From Lama glama (taxonomy: Eukaryota), in the NCBI GenBank assembly GCA_028534125.1, contig CM052817.1, positions 95,730,001-95,794,000 on the forward strand: 64,000 nt of DNA, written 5' to 3'. A program made the translations under genes and the position numbers. Below are positions 62,107-64,000 of this stretch, one piece after another. Numbering within the stretch: the stretch's first letter is position 1; each line of letters starts with the position of its first letter. The notes beneath the pieces were generated by a model. It saw only the letters and a list, made by a program, of their open reading frames with translations, did not search any database and had not been told where the DNA came from.

Positions 62107-64000
62107 GCCCTCAAAATTAAAATCATTATAAAAAGCTCTTTCCAGTTTTGCAGAGATTTTTGTTTTGCTGCATAACTTTTAGACATACCCAAAGCTTGTG
62201 TCGTTTCTGTATGAACAGGGACATTCCAGAAGGCAGAAGATAGTTAGGGCTGTGTCTGTGCTACGGTGTCTCGATATGAAACAACTATCCTGCAGGACTT
62301 TTGATCCCAGTCTCATTGACACCATACATTAACCAAGCCGCTTTCTATGTACTAGAGATCACAGTGGGAGCTTACAGTGTAGGGTTATGGATGGCTCAGC
62401 TCAACCCACTTATTATTTCTGAAAAACAATTCTAAGCTCAAAGCCTATAGCTGGAAGGCAATTGAGTTATAGTCATCAAGGGCAGCCCAGTTTCTTTCCA
62501 GTTATCATTTCTTTAGAAAGTCAAAAATAAGTTGCTATGCGTCATTACCAAGCATGAGCAAACTGGTGCAGAAATGATAAAAGAACATACCTCTTTACCG
62601 AGACACATCGCCCACTTATTTTTTATAATTTAGTAATTTTTCATAATCTTTCATAACTTACTAGGGCAGAAATTGCCCAAAAAATTACTATCAAATTATC
62701 ACTAGCTTTCTTGCAAAGGCAGAGGGAAAATTTTAAAGTTTTACCAGAGATGAGGTTTCAAATTGGGAAATTACCGAGGAACCAAGGGGAAACTATGTAC
62801 CTGTTCCAAGCAGAGAGATTATATTAAAATTATTTTGACATTTAAAAGAGCATCGGTTACATGGCTGAATCAGATACCTGGCTGAAGTCAAATCAGACAT
62901 TCTCATGTCAGCACATAAAGCAAGATTCTACTTAGTTCCTGCTCTCAAGCAGTCCATTAGAATTTATTGCATATTTTATAAGTAATCAAGCTATTAAGAT
63001 TATTTTGAACAGCGAGGTTACCTGCCATTGCAGGCTATTTAGAAATCTATATCTATAGATAAATTAGCTAAATATGATATTAAATTTGTTTTCTATGGCC
63101 ATATATGTAAGAGTTAATGTAGAACACTGCGCCTGACCCAGTCACTTAATATGGAATCATGTGAGACTGTGTTAGGCGTCTCCAAGCCACAAACACTAGC
63201 TAAATAGATCGCTGCTTTATTTCTGAGCAGAAGTGAGCAGTCTTTGGCGTAAACAGTTACATGTAAGATCAGAGGGCGAAAAACATCCTCTCTGATGGGA
63301 ACATTCACTCTGGGCAAGACTCAGGGCTGTGTGGTTTACCTCCATGACTTGTCAAATAATGAAATTGCCTGCAGTGATAATTGGTCCTAAAGGCCTTCTA
63401 GACACTTACGCATTTTGCTTTAACTCCCAAATAAATTTTTGATGAGCATCTCCTAGGTGCTGAGTGCTATGGGAGATGAATAATTAAGCAATGACTCAAA
63501 CCCTAATTCTGTCCACAGTGTGCTTTCTCTCAAGTCAATGGGAGGACCGCATGTCTAGCCACGTAATTTTCATTTAAGAAGAAAGTGTTAAGTGTAATTA
63601 GCAGAAGTGACAGCACAGTTATCATCTAATTACACAGCTGTGGGAGTTTAAAGGAAGGAGCAATCATATTTTAATTGGGTTAAAGCATTAAGTCACCTTA
63701 GGAAGATTAACAGATTGACAGGGACGAGATTATTTTATGGGTAAATTGCTACCACCACCTATCACCTCAGCAATGATTTCAAAACATTTGCAATTGTACG
63801 GGCCAACAGTAAGTAACATTTTGGGTAGAAACTCCCAAGAATGTCTATTTATATTTTGTTCTGCACACATATTGCTGTATTAATACATCATGTGATAGCA
63901 TAACACACAAAATAGATCTCTTTAAAGGATGATCTAAGTTGGACATAAGCAAATATTCAAAAATGTCCATTAATTTCTGTTCATGCCATACAATTTTTTT

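Noticed and set aside
2650..64000. Processed pseudogenes, NUMTs, non-retroviral endogenous viral elements or prokaryotic-type systems
   Set aside because: No ORF-track peptide or nucleotide stretch resembled cellular, mitochondrial, viral or bacterial genes apart from transposon remnants. A tBLASTn/BLASTx search would be needed to exclude highly decayed copies.

Overview
Mammalian genomic DNA, almost certainly camelid (camel/llama/alpaca): it holds seven copies of a tRNA-Ala(AGC)-headed SINE matching the camelid Vic-1 family. The first ~2.6 kb is a CpG island containing the promoter and first coding exon of ZNF827 on the minus strand (ATG at 1830; 43 coding nt, MPRRKQEQPKRLPS-H; GTAAGT donor at 1787-1782). 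The ORF track misses this exon. The remaining ~61 kb is upstream intergenic DNA with no credible protein-coding gene. It is a mosaic of L1, L2, MIR and Vic-1 retroposons, solo LTRs and old DNA transposons (hAT-Charlie/Blackjack/Tip100, Tigger, Tc2/Kanga), plus a few repeat-free, motif-rich stretches that may be enhancers. I found no evidence of a new multi-gene system. The best observations are small: an AUG-UGA start-stop element 13 nt upstream of the ZNF827 start codon, a 50-bp templated insertion copied from ~790 bp away into a MER81 end, a clear L1 twin-priming inversion, and several nested or chimeric retroposon structures. Repeat subfamily names come from my recall of consensus sequences, and boundaries without a stated TSD are approximate.
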